Source of the DNA: Fistulifera solaris
Lineage: Eukaryota
NCBI GenBank assembly: GCA_030295235.1
Contig: AP026167.1
Coordinates: 310,001-374,000, forward strand
Direction of reading: 5' to 3'
Length of the DNA: 64,000 bases
The notes beneath the pieces were generated by a model, which saw only the letters and a program-made list of their open reading frames with translations, was not told where the DNA came from and searched no databases. Positions 1 to 13,172 of this stretch are shown piece after piece. Both the position numbers and the translations under genes were made by a program. Numbering within the stretch: position 1 is the stretch's first letter; each line of letters opens with the position of its first letter.

Positions 1-556
1 TGACTCTGACTCAATAAAAACGAGCTAGATAAATAACAATATTTATAGTGAAAAGTAGCTGAGAAATGGATAATTCTTCCTATATACTTATATACCATAC
101 GAAACTGGAAACCTAGCGGGATGAGGCATGAGGATTGAGGATTGATAATGCTTACTTTATTATTCATCTTTCTTCTCAGTTCAGTTCACTGTTGTGGTGT
201 ATCTTTTTCTCGTTGGTCCTTTGTCGTTTGTTGTTTGTCGAGCGCAGGACGCTGGAGGTAGGATGCAAGCACTGACTCCGTCTCCTGATGTGCGTCTTAA
301 GTTTCATGTGCTAAAGCGACCAGGAATAGCTGTATAACTGTGTAGCTAAAAGGAAGAAGTGAACAGTGGAATTACCCAATACAAAATTGTACAACTATAA
401 ACAGACGATCTCATAGAACTATAGACGACTCCTACCTCCAGAAAGGAATCGAAACTATTTCGTAGCTTTTTTGAATTTCTGAACGCGTGCTTCCTCTCAA
501 TCAAACAAATTTGGCTATTGGTCAACTTCTCGTCCTTGCCAAAGAACCGTTTTGAC

Positions 557-1762
557 ATGAGCTACGGACTGCACTATCCCCTGTGGCTGCTCCACAAGCG
601 ATTTCCTTTCATCTTCTTAATCCTGATAGCGTTTCACGCTTTTCTTTCGACTTCGTTTCTCGCCAAGCTCTCGAGGGACTACCATTTGCACCTCTTCCGC
701 TACGAGCCTACTCCGCAAGCTCTCGACCCAAACGCTTCCTTCTCCGCGTGCTTATTAGTCAAAGACGACAATGCTATTCTAAGTGAATGGATCGCGTATC
801 ATTACCATGTTCTGAGACTGCGGCGACTGATCGTCGCTGTCGATCCAACAAGCACAGATTCACCAGGCGAGATCTTAGAAAGATACAGTCGACTGACGGA
901 TCTTGAAATCATTCAATGGAAAGACGAAGATTATCTGAGCCCCGATTTCCTTAGAAAACATCAGCCCGTCGAACCGTTCTTGCGAAGGGGGTCCGCCGAT
1001 ACATACTTGTCTCCCGAAAAGATGCGACAAGTCGCGAATCATCGATACCGACAAAGTGCATTTTTCGCCGCTTGTTTGAAGGAAATGAAAGTACGGGGAA
1101 GCTCGTACGTCATTCACATCGACACGGACGAATTTGTGACTACCGAGAATCCCTTCGCGGAAACCAGAGAGGGCGATTTGCACCAAGACAGCGCATCGAC
1201 CGAAGATTCGGTCCTGATGAAAGTACAAAAGCACATTCAAGAAAACAACCACGACTATCCTTGCTACAGCGTATTTCGCGTTCCGTACGGCTCGATAGAA
1301 AGCACGGAGGGACAAGTCAATGCTATGGTTCCACGTAACTTTGACGCCCAGCAATTCGAAACCTTGCGCTGGCGACACCACAGTAGTCCCGAAAAGATGA
1401 TGCTAATCGAACACTATCCCAAAGTGATTGTCGATGTGTCGGTTTTGCCGGCCGAACGGTTGTCGCGAGAAACGGTTTCCAGCATTCATCGTCCGTTCTG
1501 GGATATTTGTGAGCATATTCAGCAACCCGCCGAACATCCGGAGTTATACCGAGACCAAGCCATCGTGATCAATCACTACGTGGGAAGTTGGGAACGATAT
1601 GGCTCCAAGAACGATGATCGACGGAATCAAATGACTTATGAAAGTAGAGCTACGGCGAATGAGGGCGCGTACGATGGCATTAGACCTTGGTTGCAAGATT
1701 TTACCGATGCGATGGGTGTTGCTCGAGCCACAGCTCTTCTGGGAAGTCAATATCAGCGTTAA
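557..1762 (+). CDS. Glycosyltransferase-like type II membrane protein (GT-A fold, GT2/GT92-like)
   Basis: Intact ORF with first ATG at 557. N-terminal hydrophobic anchor; motifs SACLLVKDD..L.EWIAYHYH, HIDTDEF (DxD) and INHYVGSWERY. Confidence 0.75.
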   Translation: MSYGLHYPLWLLHKRFPFIFLILIAFHAFLSTSFLAKLSRDYHLHLFRYEPTPQALDPNASFSACLLVKDDNAILSEWIAYHYHVLRLRRLIVAVDPTSTDSPGEILERYSRLTDLEIIQWKDEDYLSPDFLRKHQPVEPFLRRGSADTYLSPEKMRQVANHRYRQSAFFAACLKEMKVRGSSYVIHIDTDEFVTTENPFAETREGDLHQDSASTEDSVLMKVQKHIQENNHDYPCYSVFRVPYGSIESTEGQVNAMVPRNFDAQQFETLRWRHHSSPEKMMLIEHYPKVIVDVSVLPAERLSRETVSSIHRPFWDICEHIQQPAEHPELYRDQAIVINHYVGSWERYGSKNDDRRNQMTYESRATANEGAYDGIRPWLQDFTDAMGVARATALLGSQYQR

Positions 1763-2094
1763 ATTTGAATTTGATATTGGGTCTCCGCATCACATTTTGA
1801 TTCATTTTACTTGTAAATAATGTGTAATATTAATTGATGCATCACCAACGCTCAAAAATTTCGCACTACCTGGTAGTGCTGCGTGTTGTTGTTCGAAAAC
1901 TCCGCCTCTTGCCGTGACTCCTCATAGCATTCGTGAGTGACGTCACAGAAACACGCAGAAAAATGAACGCTTGTCGAACCCATTCGGACGACCATGAAAA
2001 TCATTCGAGATGTTCCCGATGTTTCTCTTATCCTTCGAACCCCTGCAAATAGCTTTTGACGAAGCTCTTTAACTTAATAATCTACTTTGCAAAG

Positions 2095-3828
2095 ATGATT
2101 ACTTATAATTGGGAACGAGTACGAAGGGAACTTCAGGAGCAATCGCAAACTGCGGTTCCTACGCTGTTGGGAATGGTTATTTCCAAAATTCCGTGGCTAG
2201 TGACGTTGCGTTTTGTCGGTCAGCTGGGTGCCACGGAACTTGCGGCGGCCGCTCTGGCCATGACATTACGGAATTTAACGGGATTGTCCTTGTCGGTGGG
2301 GTTGAGTTCCGCTCTGGCGACCTTGACGTCTCAGTCGCGCGGTCAATTGCAAGCCAAACTAGCCGAGCGGAAGAATCAGAAACAGACAGAAGGCGTTGAT
2401 TCGAAGCTATTTATGGAATACGACAATGATATTGAGACCGTCGAACTTGAGGAACGATTGGGTTTTTTGGGAAGACGGAACGAAAGGGTCTTGAGTTCGA
2501 ACGCACTGCCACGAGCACCACTCCTCCCTTTGGTCTACTACTATCGCGGCATTTTCTTGCAGCTTGCATTTGTTATTCCGATTTTTATTTGGTGGTGGAA
2601 AGGCCTCCGTCCTTTTCTTGTAGCTTTGGGTCAAGAAGAACAATTGGCTGCTAAGACCGATTCGTATCTCCGAATACTAGCTCCGGGCCTCATTTTCTAT
2701 TCCATCAACTGGACTACAATCGTTTGGTTGCAGTCCATCGAAATGGCATTTCTACCGGCCTACGCATCTTGTGTTGGTGCATTGTTTCATATTCCACTGA
2801 ACGTGTTTTTTATTCATTTTATGGGATGGGGATATCTGGGTGCCGCTGCGGCCACCACGACCTACGAGCTAATCCAGCCGACGTTGTTATTGTCGTACAC
2901 ATTCGGTACAAGCGCTGGATCGAAGCGTGTCCTCCATAATATCGCCGCTTCGGCCGTGGATCGCTACGAACTCTCGTTCTGGCAAGAATCAATCATGGCC
3001 GTTTCGTCATGGACGGGTGTCAAAGAATATCTTGGCCTGGCGATTCCCGGCCTGGTGTCTATTTCAGAATGGTGGGCCTCGGAAACCTGCATATTCCTTT
3101 CCGGACGACTCACTCCGTTGCCGGAGGTCACATTAGGAGCAATGGCGTTGTTTCAGTCCATCAACACCTTTTGTTTCATGTTCCCGGTATCATTCGGCAT
3201 CGCAGGTGCCGCACGTGTTGGCAGTCTTTTGGGACGCAATGATCCACATGCGGCATCGTTTGCCGGTTTGGTCAGTGTTGCTAGTGCGTCTTCCGTGAGC
3301 GCTTTGATCGGGATAATGCTCTTCATCATTCCCCACGGCTTCTTTCCGTCGCTCTTTGCACCCAGTGAGGATGATTTGATTAAAGAGACAATGAAGATCA
3401 TTCCCCTGTTGGCATTATACGTGTTCGCGGACGGAACACAAACGGCCTTAAATGGCGTGATTAAAGGTTGTGGACGACAAGCCGTTGCCATGCCCGCCGT
3501 AATTGTTTCGTATTGGGTTGTCGGAGTGCCACTGGCGTATTACTTGGCATTTGTGCGTCACCTTGGAACGGGTACTTGCGACGACGGGTATTTCTGTGGT
3601 GTTGTAGGTCTCGTCGCTGGAACAACGACAGGAACATGGTTGCACATGATACTCTTTGGTGTTGTCGTGTTTGCTTTTACGGATTGGGAAGAACAGGCCG
3701 AAAAAGCCCAGTTTCGCGTCCAAAAGGAGCTCCATGCTGCTCCTACAATGAGTTTCTCCTCCAATGAGACGATTGGGACTGAGGGGGACGAAGAAGTCGA
3801 ACTGACAGGAGTCCCTGATACGACATGA
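2095..3828 (+). CDS. MATE family efflux transporter
   Basis: About 12 hydrophobic segments; motifs FVGQLGATELAAAALA, SEWWASE, RVGSLLG, DGTQTALNGVIKGCGRQ, SYWVVGVPLAY. Confidence 0.92.
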   Translation: MITYNWERVRRELQEQSQTAVPTLLGMVISKIPWLVTLRFVGQLGATELAAAALAMTLRNLTGLSLSVGLSSALATLTSQSRGQLQAKLAERKNQKQTEGVDSKLFMEYDNDIETVELEERLGFLGRRNERVLSSNALPRAPLLPLVYYYRGIFLQLAFVIPIFIWWWKGLRPFLVALGQEEQLAAKTDSYLRILAPGLIFYSINWTTIVWLQSIEMAFLPAYASCVGALFHIPLNVFFIHFMGWGYLGAAAATTTYELIQPTLLLSYTFGTSAGSKRVLHNIAASAVDRYELSFWQESIMAVSSWTGVKEYLGLAIPGLVSISEWWASETCIFLSGRLTPLPEVTLGAMALFQSINTFCFMFPVSFGIAGAARVGSLLGRNDPHAASFAGLVSVASASSVSALIGIMLFIIPHGFFPSLFAPSEDDLIKETMKIIPLLALYVFADGTQTALNGVIKGCGRQAVAMPAVIVSYWVVGVPLAYYLAFVRHLGTGTCDDGYFCGVVGLVAGTTTGTWLHMILFGVVVFAFTDWEEQAEKAQFRVQKELHAAPTMSFSSNETIGTEGDEEVELTGVPDTT

Positions 3829-4169
3829 AGCACTAGTGGCTACTAGTGACTGAAACTGTGACATCATCATCGTGAACGAAAAGATAGCCACTAACCTTAC
3901 TATCCGGACTGCAGTAAATCGCCCAGTCGTGGAAGAAGTCTGGGTAACGGACGCGCGTACCGTCTACATAAACGAAGATACAAACAACCTTTTTACGACA
4001 CCACCCATCATCATTCTTCGCTCTTCGTTGGAATTCTCAATAAATAATAGAATCTCCCACTTTGACACCTCGCTTGATAAAACGAACGCCCCATAAAACA
4101 AGACAATCAGTCCAATTCCATAGAAATCAGTCGATTAATAACACATTCATAAGTTTCTTGTACCTAACC

Positions 4170-5000
4170 ATGACACGGAGAACACTAAAAAGATCATTTA
4201 TATTTTCGGCGGCGACGATCGCCGTCAGCTTACTGCTTTTAGAGCCAACAACATCCGCCGCCGTTGGTCTTTTGACACGAAAGAAGTCACCTTCCATGGA
4301 TAACGCAAATTTACGACATGCCAACGGAGAGCACTTCTTGCTCTCTACATCTGAATATCAGACACCGATGGCCTTTCTTGCGGACGAGTTCGAAGGCGTA
4401 TTAGAGGGCAACGACATTGTGGTGCCCCGATTGCTGCAAGCATGCAAGAAATTGGAAGAAACGATGCGATTTCTCGGGCAGACGTCTACAGCCAATGACT
4501 TTCACGGCAACGTGGAGAAAGTTGAACAGTTGTTACAACAAGCTCCTGCGGAAAGTCGTAACACAATGTATGCTTTACTCTCTTATGAGAAGAGTCTTGG
4601 CATCCATCCACCGAGCGACGGATTGAAACGGCGGCTGAAGGATCCCTCGGCTGCCATGGGTCTATTGTGGATCGAGCGCAGTCTCAGCTTCAATCATGCA
4701 ATGTACAAGGAAGTGCTGAGAAAAGCGGAACCCGTGAAAGCGGCCATGAACGCCTACCAAACCGTCTTGGAGCCTTTTCATAGTTGGACGCTTCGGAAGT
4801 TGACTACGGCCAGCATACAACATACAACTCCAGCGAGAGAGCAACTCTTTGCACAATTAGCCGGTAATCGTTCAGAAGATCCTATCTTGATGGCAACGCA
4901 AAACGATCTTTGCCGCTTGCTAAACAATTTGGGTCCTCTCATTCGACGGTGGCGTGAAACTTTTCAAGAGTTAGATTTAGACGACAACCGCAAGGTTTAG
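4170..5000 (+). CDS. Glycolipid transfer protein (GLTP) domain protein with N-terminal hydrophobic segment
   Basis: NDFHGNVEKV, SAAMGLLWIERSLSF and AYQTVLEPFHSW match GLTP-family motifs; ATG at 4170. Confidence 0.8.
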   Translation: MTRRTLKRSFIFSAATIAVSLLLLEPTTSAAVGLLTRKKSPSMDNANLRHANGEHFLLSTSEYQTPMAFLADEFEGVLEGNDIVVPRLLQACKKLEETMRFLGQTSTANDFHGNVEKVEQLLQQAPAESRNTMYALLSYEKSLGIHPPSDGLKRRLKDPSAAMGLLWIERSLSFNHAMYKEVLRKAEPVKAAMNAYQTVLEPFHSWTLRKLTTASIQHTTPAREQLFAQLAGNRSEDPILMATQNDLCRLLNNLGPLIRRWRETFQELDLDDNRKV

Positions 5001-5099
5001 AAAGATTAGATTTTTGTAACCAATGGCTGAACTCAATTAGTTCATAGACTATCGATTCTACACCGTTTGTTTGTATTCTCTAATAATTGTAATTGTTCC

Positions 5100-7504
5100 T
5101 TATCCCTCCAGTGCAACCTTTTCATTAAACTCCCAATCAGGTTGAACCGCCATTGCCCAATTAAATTTGTCTCGGAGAGTTTTGGAGAAAATCTTTTCAA
5201 TGGGAACTTCATTGCGCTTGCAGAACGCTACGGAGATTCGTGGATCCATGTAATTGATCTTTGATGTTCCGAGAGACACCTCCTTATTATCGTCCTTGTG
5301 CTTGAGATCCATCTCCATTTTATTTATCTTTGCAGTCCAGGCTTCGATTCGCTTTACCAACTGATCTTTGGTAGGTACCTTCTCCCAAAGATGGGCTTTT
5401 TGGAACTTCTTGTCGGCTAAATCGCGTTTCTTTTGCTTCGCCTTTTCGTCGGCTTGGGTAGCAGCAATTTTCTCTTCGTTCGTTTTGGCGGCTTCTTTCA
5501 TCTTCTTGGCCTTTTCAACAGCTTTCTGTACATCTTCTGCCATTTCTTCGAATGACTTCCGTACCGGAAGGCCGCTCGAATCACCACTATTTAGCTTCTT
5601 AAGCATTTGTTTAAGGTCCTTCTTTTGTTTCTTCAATGTTGCTAGCTTGCTGCCGATAGCTTCCAGTGCAGTCTCTTGCGCTTTTGAAACGGAGCGCTGG
5701 TGATTACACAAAATAGCTACTTCTCTGTTTGCGTTGTTGTATTCCACAACTTTCTCTGTAGCAGTTAAGTTCTTCCATTGCGATCCGGCTTCGTGCTTGC
5801 GAAGCTCGTCTTGTAACGTCTTGGAAGCATTGTAAGTACGAAACACTTTCGCAGAAAGTCCATCCATAAATGTCTTCAGATGTTGGTTAAGTAAAGTCGG
5901 GTTAATGGAGTCAAACACTTCCTGGTCGGGTTTCTTCTTCTTGCAGAACGACTTGAAGTTTTCATAAACCTGTTCGCCCATTCCGTTATTCTCATTGTAC
6001 ATCGTGGCTCCAAAATCGATTGTTTGTTTGTACAACATCGAATCTTTACCAAGGAACTCCAATTTGATTTCACGGTTAACGCCTCCTTCTCCATTCGGGT
6101 CGAACTCCAAATGCTCAACGCGCAACGAGCAACATCCGACCGTATCCGCTTCTTCGTCAGTGTCTTTCTCGCCACCCACACGAAGTGCCAATCGATCAAT
6201 CACCCACACGGCCGTCGCCAGCTGCTTTGTTTCTTGATCCTTCGACTTCAGATCTTTCTTGTAAGATTTTCGGATCTTCTCAATGTTGGAGCACAATAAG
6301 GCTGCTTTGTTGTACTTGGAACGATCCGACTTGCCCTTGAACGACGACTGAGCTGCCAGTTGCATGTACTTGGACTGATTATTGATGTTTTTCCTTCCAA
6401 GTGGCGAGCCACTGTCCTCTCGGATCATGCTTGATATCACCCCAAGCGTGTCCGGGTACCGAGCAGCGTGGCACAGCGGCGCATTGAGACAAGTTGAGGG
6501 ATACTTGTTCGGGTGCCACACGCTGCTTCAGCTTTCCCATTTTCGGATGTTCACCACGACCACGAAAGGTTCCGGGAGGTTCCATATTGTAGTTACCCAC
6601 CTTTTCAATGTGCCCATCGACAATGGCATACCCAAAACGAAACATAACTTGGTTTCGGTCGTCTTTGTTAGCCTTCCTCTGTTCATCCGTAATAGCTTTC
6701 TTGATGATTTTCTGCTCGTTCAAATGGCGTCGGATAGGTTCGAAGTCGCACTTTTTAAAGTCCTAGAAAAATAGGATGATGTTAGCGGACAATACGTTAG
6801 CAATGACGCGCAAATAGAAAGCAAGTCTACCTACCTTGATGATGTGCTTCTTTCCCAACACTTCTAAAAAGTCGGCAAAGTAGTTTTTGATGAAGATTTT
6901 GGCTGTTTTGGGATCACCGAGATGCATACCTTCGGGATCCATGGCAGCAAAAAATGTTGCGGCCTCCTCTTGAGCCGGAGTGAGATCGACATCTTTCCCG
7001 TCGTACTTCATCTTTATTCCATGCGGGACGTATTCCTCCGGAAAGCTCACTCCAGAGTGTTCCATCGTACGCCACTGACAGCCCTCCGGAGGTTCTACGG
7101 AGTCCCACCACAAGAATGACTGCATAGCATACTGCAAGCGCTCCGCTTTGTCGAGTTTCTTCAATGCCTTTATTGCTGTTTTCTTCATGGCCGTGTCGTC
7201 ACTTTTGGGTTTGTCGGGTTTCACGTCTTCCGTTTTCTTTTTTCTTCTTTACTGGGCCGGATACGACTTTGTCGGGTTTGCGCTTCTTCGATTCCTTTTC
7301 TTTGTTCTTCTTTTTATTTTTGAGTTGCTTCAAAGGAACGTCATCGTCATAATCCTCGTCGTCGTCATGCATCTCGCCATCTTCTTCATCTTTCACGGGG
7401 CGTTTCTTCTTTTTCTTGGGCACGGCTTCATCATTTCCATTCTTCTTTTTCTTGGGCAAAACTTCGTTGTCCATATCGAACTCTTCTTCATCCGTGGAAG
7501 ACAT
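5100..7504 (-). CDS. TOP1: DNA topoisomerase I (type IB); one intron (~6763-6834) and apparent frameshifts near 7230 and 6385
   Basis: [52 protein letters not shown] and catalytic SKINYMDPR across ORFs 7199-7726, 6763-7224, 6379-6723 and 5100-6521. Confidence 0.96.
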
Positions 7505-8009
7505 TGTGATGTGCCAAGACGTTTTCTTGATTGGTAGTTTAGGAAGTATAACGGTCTTATTTTTACGCCAAGTCGATGAAGTATGTGCGGAGAGGGTAAA
7601 AACAAAACGAGGTGCACAAAAATGCACTTCCTGCGTAGAAAATGTACTGCGCTGAACGCGGGAAAGCAATCGGATCTGCGATTTTTTTGTTGAAGGGGAA
7701 AAACATACTTTGTACTTTGTGTGCATACTTTGTACTTTGTAAATAAGCCTGAAGCGGTCGGACTCCTAGGTCGGACGACGGCAGACGAGGAGTTAAAACG
7801 AGACGCGGTGATTTTGAGCGACGAACTATTTACACTACTTGATAGCACAACGATAGCAACACGACTGGTTCAGTCAAGAGTACCTGTTCGATGTTTCGAC
7901 GATGATATGATTTGCGGAGTAACAAATATCCTGATTATTCGGTTCATACGTTGATCAAAATCCATGTATATTGAAAATTCAGCATAAACGGAAGGATGTT
8001 ACCGTAAGA

Positions 8010-10011
8010 ATGCCGTCGGATAAAAAAGCCTGTGTATATTCCTCGAGAGAAGCGTCTGCACGGAGCCTTTCGTGGCGGCTTCTCGGCGGGCTATTTCAAT
8101 ACGGTGGGTTCGCGTGAAGGATGGACACCACGGCAGGAGGAGAACATACAGCAGCGTCCCGAAGACTTTATGGATGAGCAAGATCACAATGAATGGGGAG
8201 GTCCATCGGCTGTACATGCCGCTTTTCAACCCGGGAAAGCAAATCAATCACAGCCCACACTGGCTTTGCTCTCAGGGGATGTGGTACCACCCGCAAATGT
8301 TGGTTGGCAGTTGCTTCGCGCATTGGGATGGCGAGAAAGTTCTTCATCGGCATTTGTGCCGTCCGCGAAACTTAGCACTCTCGACGCGGATAACACTGAA
8401 GAACAACTGTATCTCTCGGCAAAACGACTGCGAAAGATACAATTGAGTCAGATCAGAGTTGAAATACCTCAGCCCAAGCTAGATACAGCAGGTCTTGGTT
8501 TTCAAAGATTCGCAAATGCACCGGAGTTTGAAAGAGATCGTGAAAAGTTCCGCAAACTACAAGCTAATCGGAGGAAAGTGTATCGGGTGGCCGATGCAAT
8601 AGGAGGCACACCGAAGGGGTCCATCGCGCCAACAAAAGAAATTGACGAAGATGATCACTATGTGTCGTTTGAAACCGAACAGGATTTTGTGGGAAGTAAA
8701 TCCGTCGGCGGTTTTGCACTGCATGAAGACGAAGATGATGCCTATGATGACGAGGAGGATATTTCAAAGGTAACGGGGAAGGTGAATATTGATCAAGACA
8801 ACTATGATAACGTTGCCTACGAGCACCAGGACAGCACCGACGAAGAAAGAGAAGAATCATTACCACGAAAGTCAATTGGATCAAAGGGAGTAGCTTCGGT
8901 TCTCGGAAGTGTCTTATCGGCGTGGGCGTCGGCTTCCGCACCGGAAGCTGGTATGAAAAAAGCAGGCTTTGACCTCAGATGGTAGGCCCGTACTGCCTGG
9001 GTTTGTTCTCGGGGGCACGGACTCTAGTTTTGCTTCTTCGCAGCGGTTTCCTGGTCCTGCATTACCGGATGGCTACGAAGTACAGCCCCATGTTTTCTCA
9101 GCGGACGATCACCCACTCGTCATTCAAGCTCTTTCACACGCAGAGAAATTGGCAGCATCCTTAGAACAAAAGATTTCAGTCGTTGAGGACGCGTTAAAGG
9201 CAAACGCAGCAGTAAATAAACCTACACGACTGTATCAAAGGGTATCTTTGACGGTGTTAGAAGAGATATGAGCTCGCGCTTTGTCACTTCGACAGCCGTC
9301 ATGGAAACGCAGAATGATCCAGTGGCGGGACTATCCACGGCCGCGGACTATGAAGCGTCTCAAGCACTGAATCGATCGACAGATAGGACAGAAAATGAGA
9401 GTTCCCACACCAAGAAAATCAGTATTACAAGGACGGCTAGTACCTTTGTACCGGAACCTTTATTGTGCAAGCGTTTCCATGTGACCCCTCCGGAGCATAC
9501 GAATGCGACGGTGGTGGCGCAACCGAAGGAACCTCGAACACGGGAAGAAGTGTATTTCCAAGACGAAATCTTGGCTAAAGTAAAAGTCGCGCCTTCGCAT
9601 GAAAAGGCAATTAAATGGACGGAGCCAGAAGGGCACGATGCTGACGGACTGGATGTCAAGGCCCGACCTTCCATAGAAGTTTACAAGTCGATTTACAATG
9701 CCGCTGACGACTCTCCTGGAACAACAGATGATGAAAATGAGCTAGAAGAAACTTATAGGACAGACGCTAGCAACGTGGGTAGAGGTTCGACGGAAACAAT
9801 GTATCCAGTGGAGGACCAGGTTGTGCCTTACAGAAAACGAAGCCGAACACCTCCAAGATCTCCATCAAGCTCAGACGCTTCATTGTCGACGCTCAGTGGC
9901 AAGCGACGTAAACGGGACAAAAAGACCAAGAAAGAACGAAAGGAGCGTCGAAAAAGCGACGATCGTAAGCGGAAAAAGAAACACAAAAAGAGTTCCAAGC
10001 GGAAGCGATGA
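8010..10011 (+). CDS. GPATCH1: G-patch domain protein 1 / TOUGH-like splicing-associated protein (apparent frameshifts near 8025, 8965 and 9235)
   Basis: N-terminal signature [26 protein letters not shown]...[11 protein letters not shown]-patch-like [20 protein letters not shown], Lys/Arg-rich C-terminus. Confidence 0.85.
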
Positions 10012-10339
10012 CTGAGATACGCACGAATTGTCACTTTGTATATTTGCTAAAAAAACAGTAGCTTACCCAATAAATCGCACATAACGGATAATCTTATTAC
10101 TTTTCTCGTACCTTGGCCGCAATTCATGGTGAACTCTTCGTTGAACCGCCCTAGTTTCTGATCGGTGAACGGACAGGAATGTTCTTTAAACGGACGAGGA
10201 CAGGCCGAGCCACGCCTCGCGGCTGGCTCGCGGTCATCCGAAAAAACGGCCAACGCGTCTCGCTAAGCTCTTCCTCTAATTACTCGGAAGTGCCCTGAAA
10301 GTAAAAACAAATCACTTCTTCAAAGTATTCTTTTAAATC

Positions 10340-12785
10340 ATGTCTCTCTCGGGTGCCGGCAAACTGGGCGCCCCGACGTGCTCCTTCGATCCCCGACGAC
10401 ATGCCTGGTATCCTCCTACCGTCGATACGTCGACGCCTCTGGCGCAAGGTCACCTGATGATGAACAATACACTGACCGGATCCAAGCAAGCCTTCGTTCC
10501 CGTCGATGGCCGCACGGTTCGCTGGTACACGTGCGGGCCGACCGTCTATGACAGCAGTCACGTCGGCCATGCTCGCACGTACTTGAGTTTGGATATTATG
10601 CGTCGCATTATGACCGACTATTTTCATTACAACGTTCTGTATCATGTCAATATTACAGACATTGATGATAAAATCATCATGCGTGCCCGTCAGAATGTGC
10701 TGATTGAGAACTTGATTGACGATGCCACAAAGAATGGGAAATTAACACTCGAGGAAGTAAAAGCTATGATCGGAGCGGCTGTGGTTGAAGCGAGTGAAAA
10801 ATTGGAAAAGAAACGCCAGCAAATTGAAGGAGCTTTAAAAGAGGCGACGGAAAGACAAGATTCGCGTTCGCGTATGGAGCAAGAGGGTCTTTTGGACCAG
10901 CAGAAGCTGAAAGTATCGAATCTCGAGTCAGAAAAAGCAAGAATTGACGCTGCCATGAAGGACACAAATATTAGTCAGGATGCCAAGCAACTCATTCTGG
11001 TGTCAAAATCCGTGCTAGCAGATAAATTGGACGCAGAAAAAGGACACCTGGTGACCGATCATAGCGTCTTTATCAAACATGCGCGGTATTACGAAAAAGA
11101 GTTCATGGAAGACATGGAAGCGTTGGGCATTCGAGAACCAGACGTTTTGACGCGCGTCACCGAGTATATGCCTCAAATTATTGTGTTTATCGAGAAAATT
11201 GTTCAGCGGAAGATGGCTTACGAATCCAATGGAAGTGTGTACTTGTCTTTGGATGCGTTCCAAGCGGCTGGTCATAATTATCGCAAGCTTAGCCCCGCGG
11301 CGGCCGGGACGGAGACTTCGGCTGCTGAACTAGCTGAAAGCGAAGGTGCATTGAGCTCTGGTAGTGAAAAACGTAATCCCAACGATTTTGCTCTATGGAA
11401 GTCATCCAAGCCAGGTGAACCGGCTTGGGACTCTCCTGGGGGCCCGGTCGTCCTGGTTGGCACATTGAATGCAGTGCCGTTGCCAGTGACATTCTCGGAG
11501 AAAATCTCGATATTCATTCGGGAGGAGAAGATCTAAAATTCCCACATCATGATAATGAGTTGGCTCAAAGTGAAGCTTGTTTAGGGGCTTGCTGTGGCGG
11601 AGGAGGATCCGGCGAATGTCATCAGTGGGTCAATTACTTTACGCACACTGGACATTTGCACATTGAAGGGCTAAAAATGTCCAAGTCGCTCAAGAACTTT
11701 GTCACCATTCGAGAGGCTCTGGAAAAAATTCTCCGCGATTACTTCGCATTTTGTTTTTGATGCAGGGGTGGGATCAACCTATGAATTACTCACAGCAAAC
11801 GACGGATGATGCGCGAAGTAAGGAAACTACGTTCAAGGCATTTTTCCGTCAAGTAGAAGCGCTAGCTCGTGGTGATTATTTAGCGGATGAGGTTGGTTGG
11901 CGCATGGGTGATTACGACCGTGAACTAAGTTATGCTTTACTGGCTGCACAAAAGAAGGTGCACGAGAGTTTGCTCGATAACTTCAACACCAAAGAGGCAA
12001 TGCTCGCTTTATTGCAAGTCATTAGTCAGGCCAATATCTACCTTCGCATTCCAGATGTGAAACCAGCTGTACTGACACTCAAATCGATTGCAATCTATGT
12101 CACTCAAATTCTCAAAGTGTTCGGAGTTGTTCAAGGGAACGATGATTTTGGATTCGAAATGTCGGGAGGCGATGATGCCGGAGGCTCGAGTGCCGTTGGT
12201 CCCATGATTGACGCCTTGGTTTCTTTTCGTACGAAAATCCGCGATGAGGCGCTCTCAGCAGTAAAGAACAGTAAAGGTGACCCGAGTTCAGCGGCAAAGG
12301 CAATCCAAGCCATTTTGGAGACTTGTGATGCTTTACGTGATGAAATTTTACCGACAGTTGGAATTCGATTAGAGGATCGGCCCGAGGGTACTTTATGGAA
12401 CCGAGAAGACCCTGCGACAATGATGAAAGAACTGGAGGAGAAGAAAGCACGTGAAGCCGAATTACGGAAAGGCAAAATCGAGAAGAAATTGGTAGCGAAG
12501 GAGAAAGAGTTGGCAAAGTTAAGAGATTCGTTACAAGTTCCGGATCAGATGTTTCGTACGGACGAATTCAAGGAGTGGGACGAAATGGGTGTGCCGATCG
12601 TAAACGCTGATGGTACACCCGTAGGCGCAGGTCAGATTAAGAAGAAGAAAAAGGCAATTGAGAAACAAATGAAGATGTACGACGAATTAATGAGTAAAGC
12701 GGATGGAAACCCGCAAGCACTGTTAGATGCAACAGAGGCGGAAGTGAAAAAGCTTCAGGAGGAAGTGGCAGCTCTTTCAATTTAA
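10340..12785 (+). CDS. CARS1: Cysteinyl-tRNA synthetase, cytosolic type (apparent frameshifts near 11435 and 11725)
   Basis: [52 protein letters not shown]. Confidence 0.96.
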
Positions 12786-13172
12786 AACTATGGTGCCTTT
12801 TGTTATTTTTTTAATGAAGCGGTGGAATAACTGTTAAAAACTACTCCGTAACTCTCTCTAGAGACAGCGTTGCGGTGTGCAACACTGCCAAGCCAAGATT
12901 AGCTAACCCTTACAACGGACTATAATGTCTTACAGGTTTGATATTTTTTCGTTGAATATCTCCAAAAAACGTATATTTAATATCATGATCCGTCTTTGTC
13001 CTCTAATACGTTACGAGTACAATGATTATTGTAGGTCGACAACCATGGCATGATTTCAGGTTTCAGGGCAATGCAATCATCATTTTTCATTCTACCCATA
13101 AACATTATCTCATGACGCCCACTGTATAAATACCTAGCGTATAGCAATTGGACGCGTTCAAGTTCGAAAAGA

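Noticed and set aside
10340..12785. Programmed frameshifting or pseudogenisation of CysRS and other split genes
   Set aside because: The same indel pattern affects many unrelated essential genes, so sequencing error is more parsimonious.
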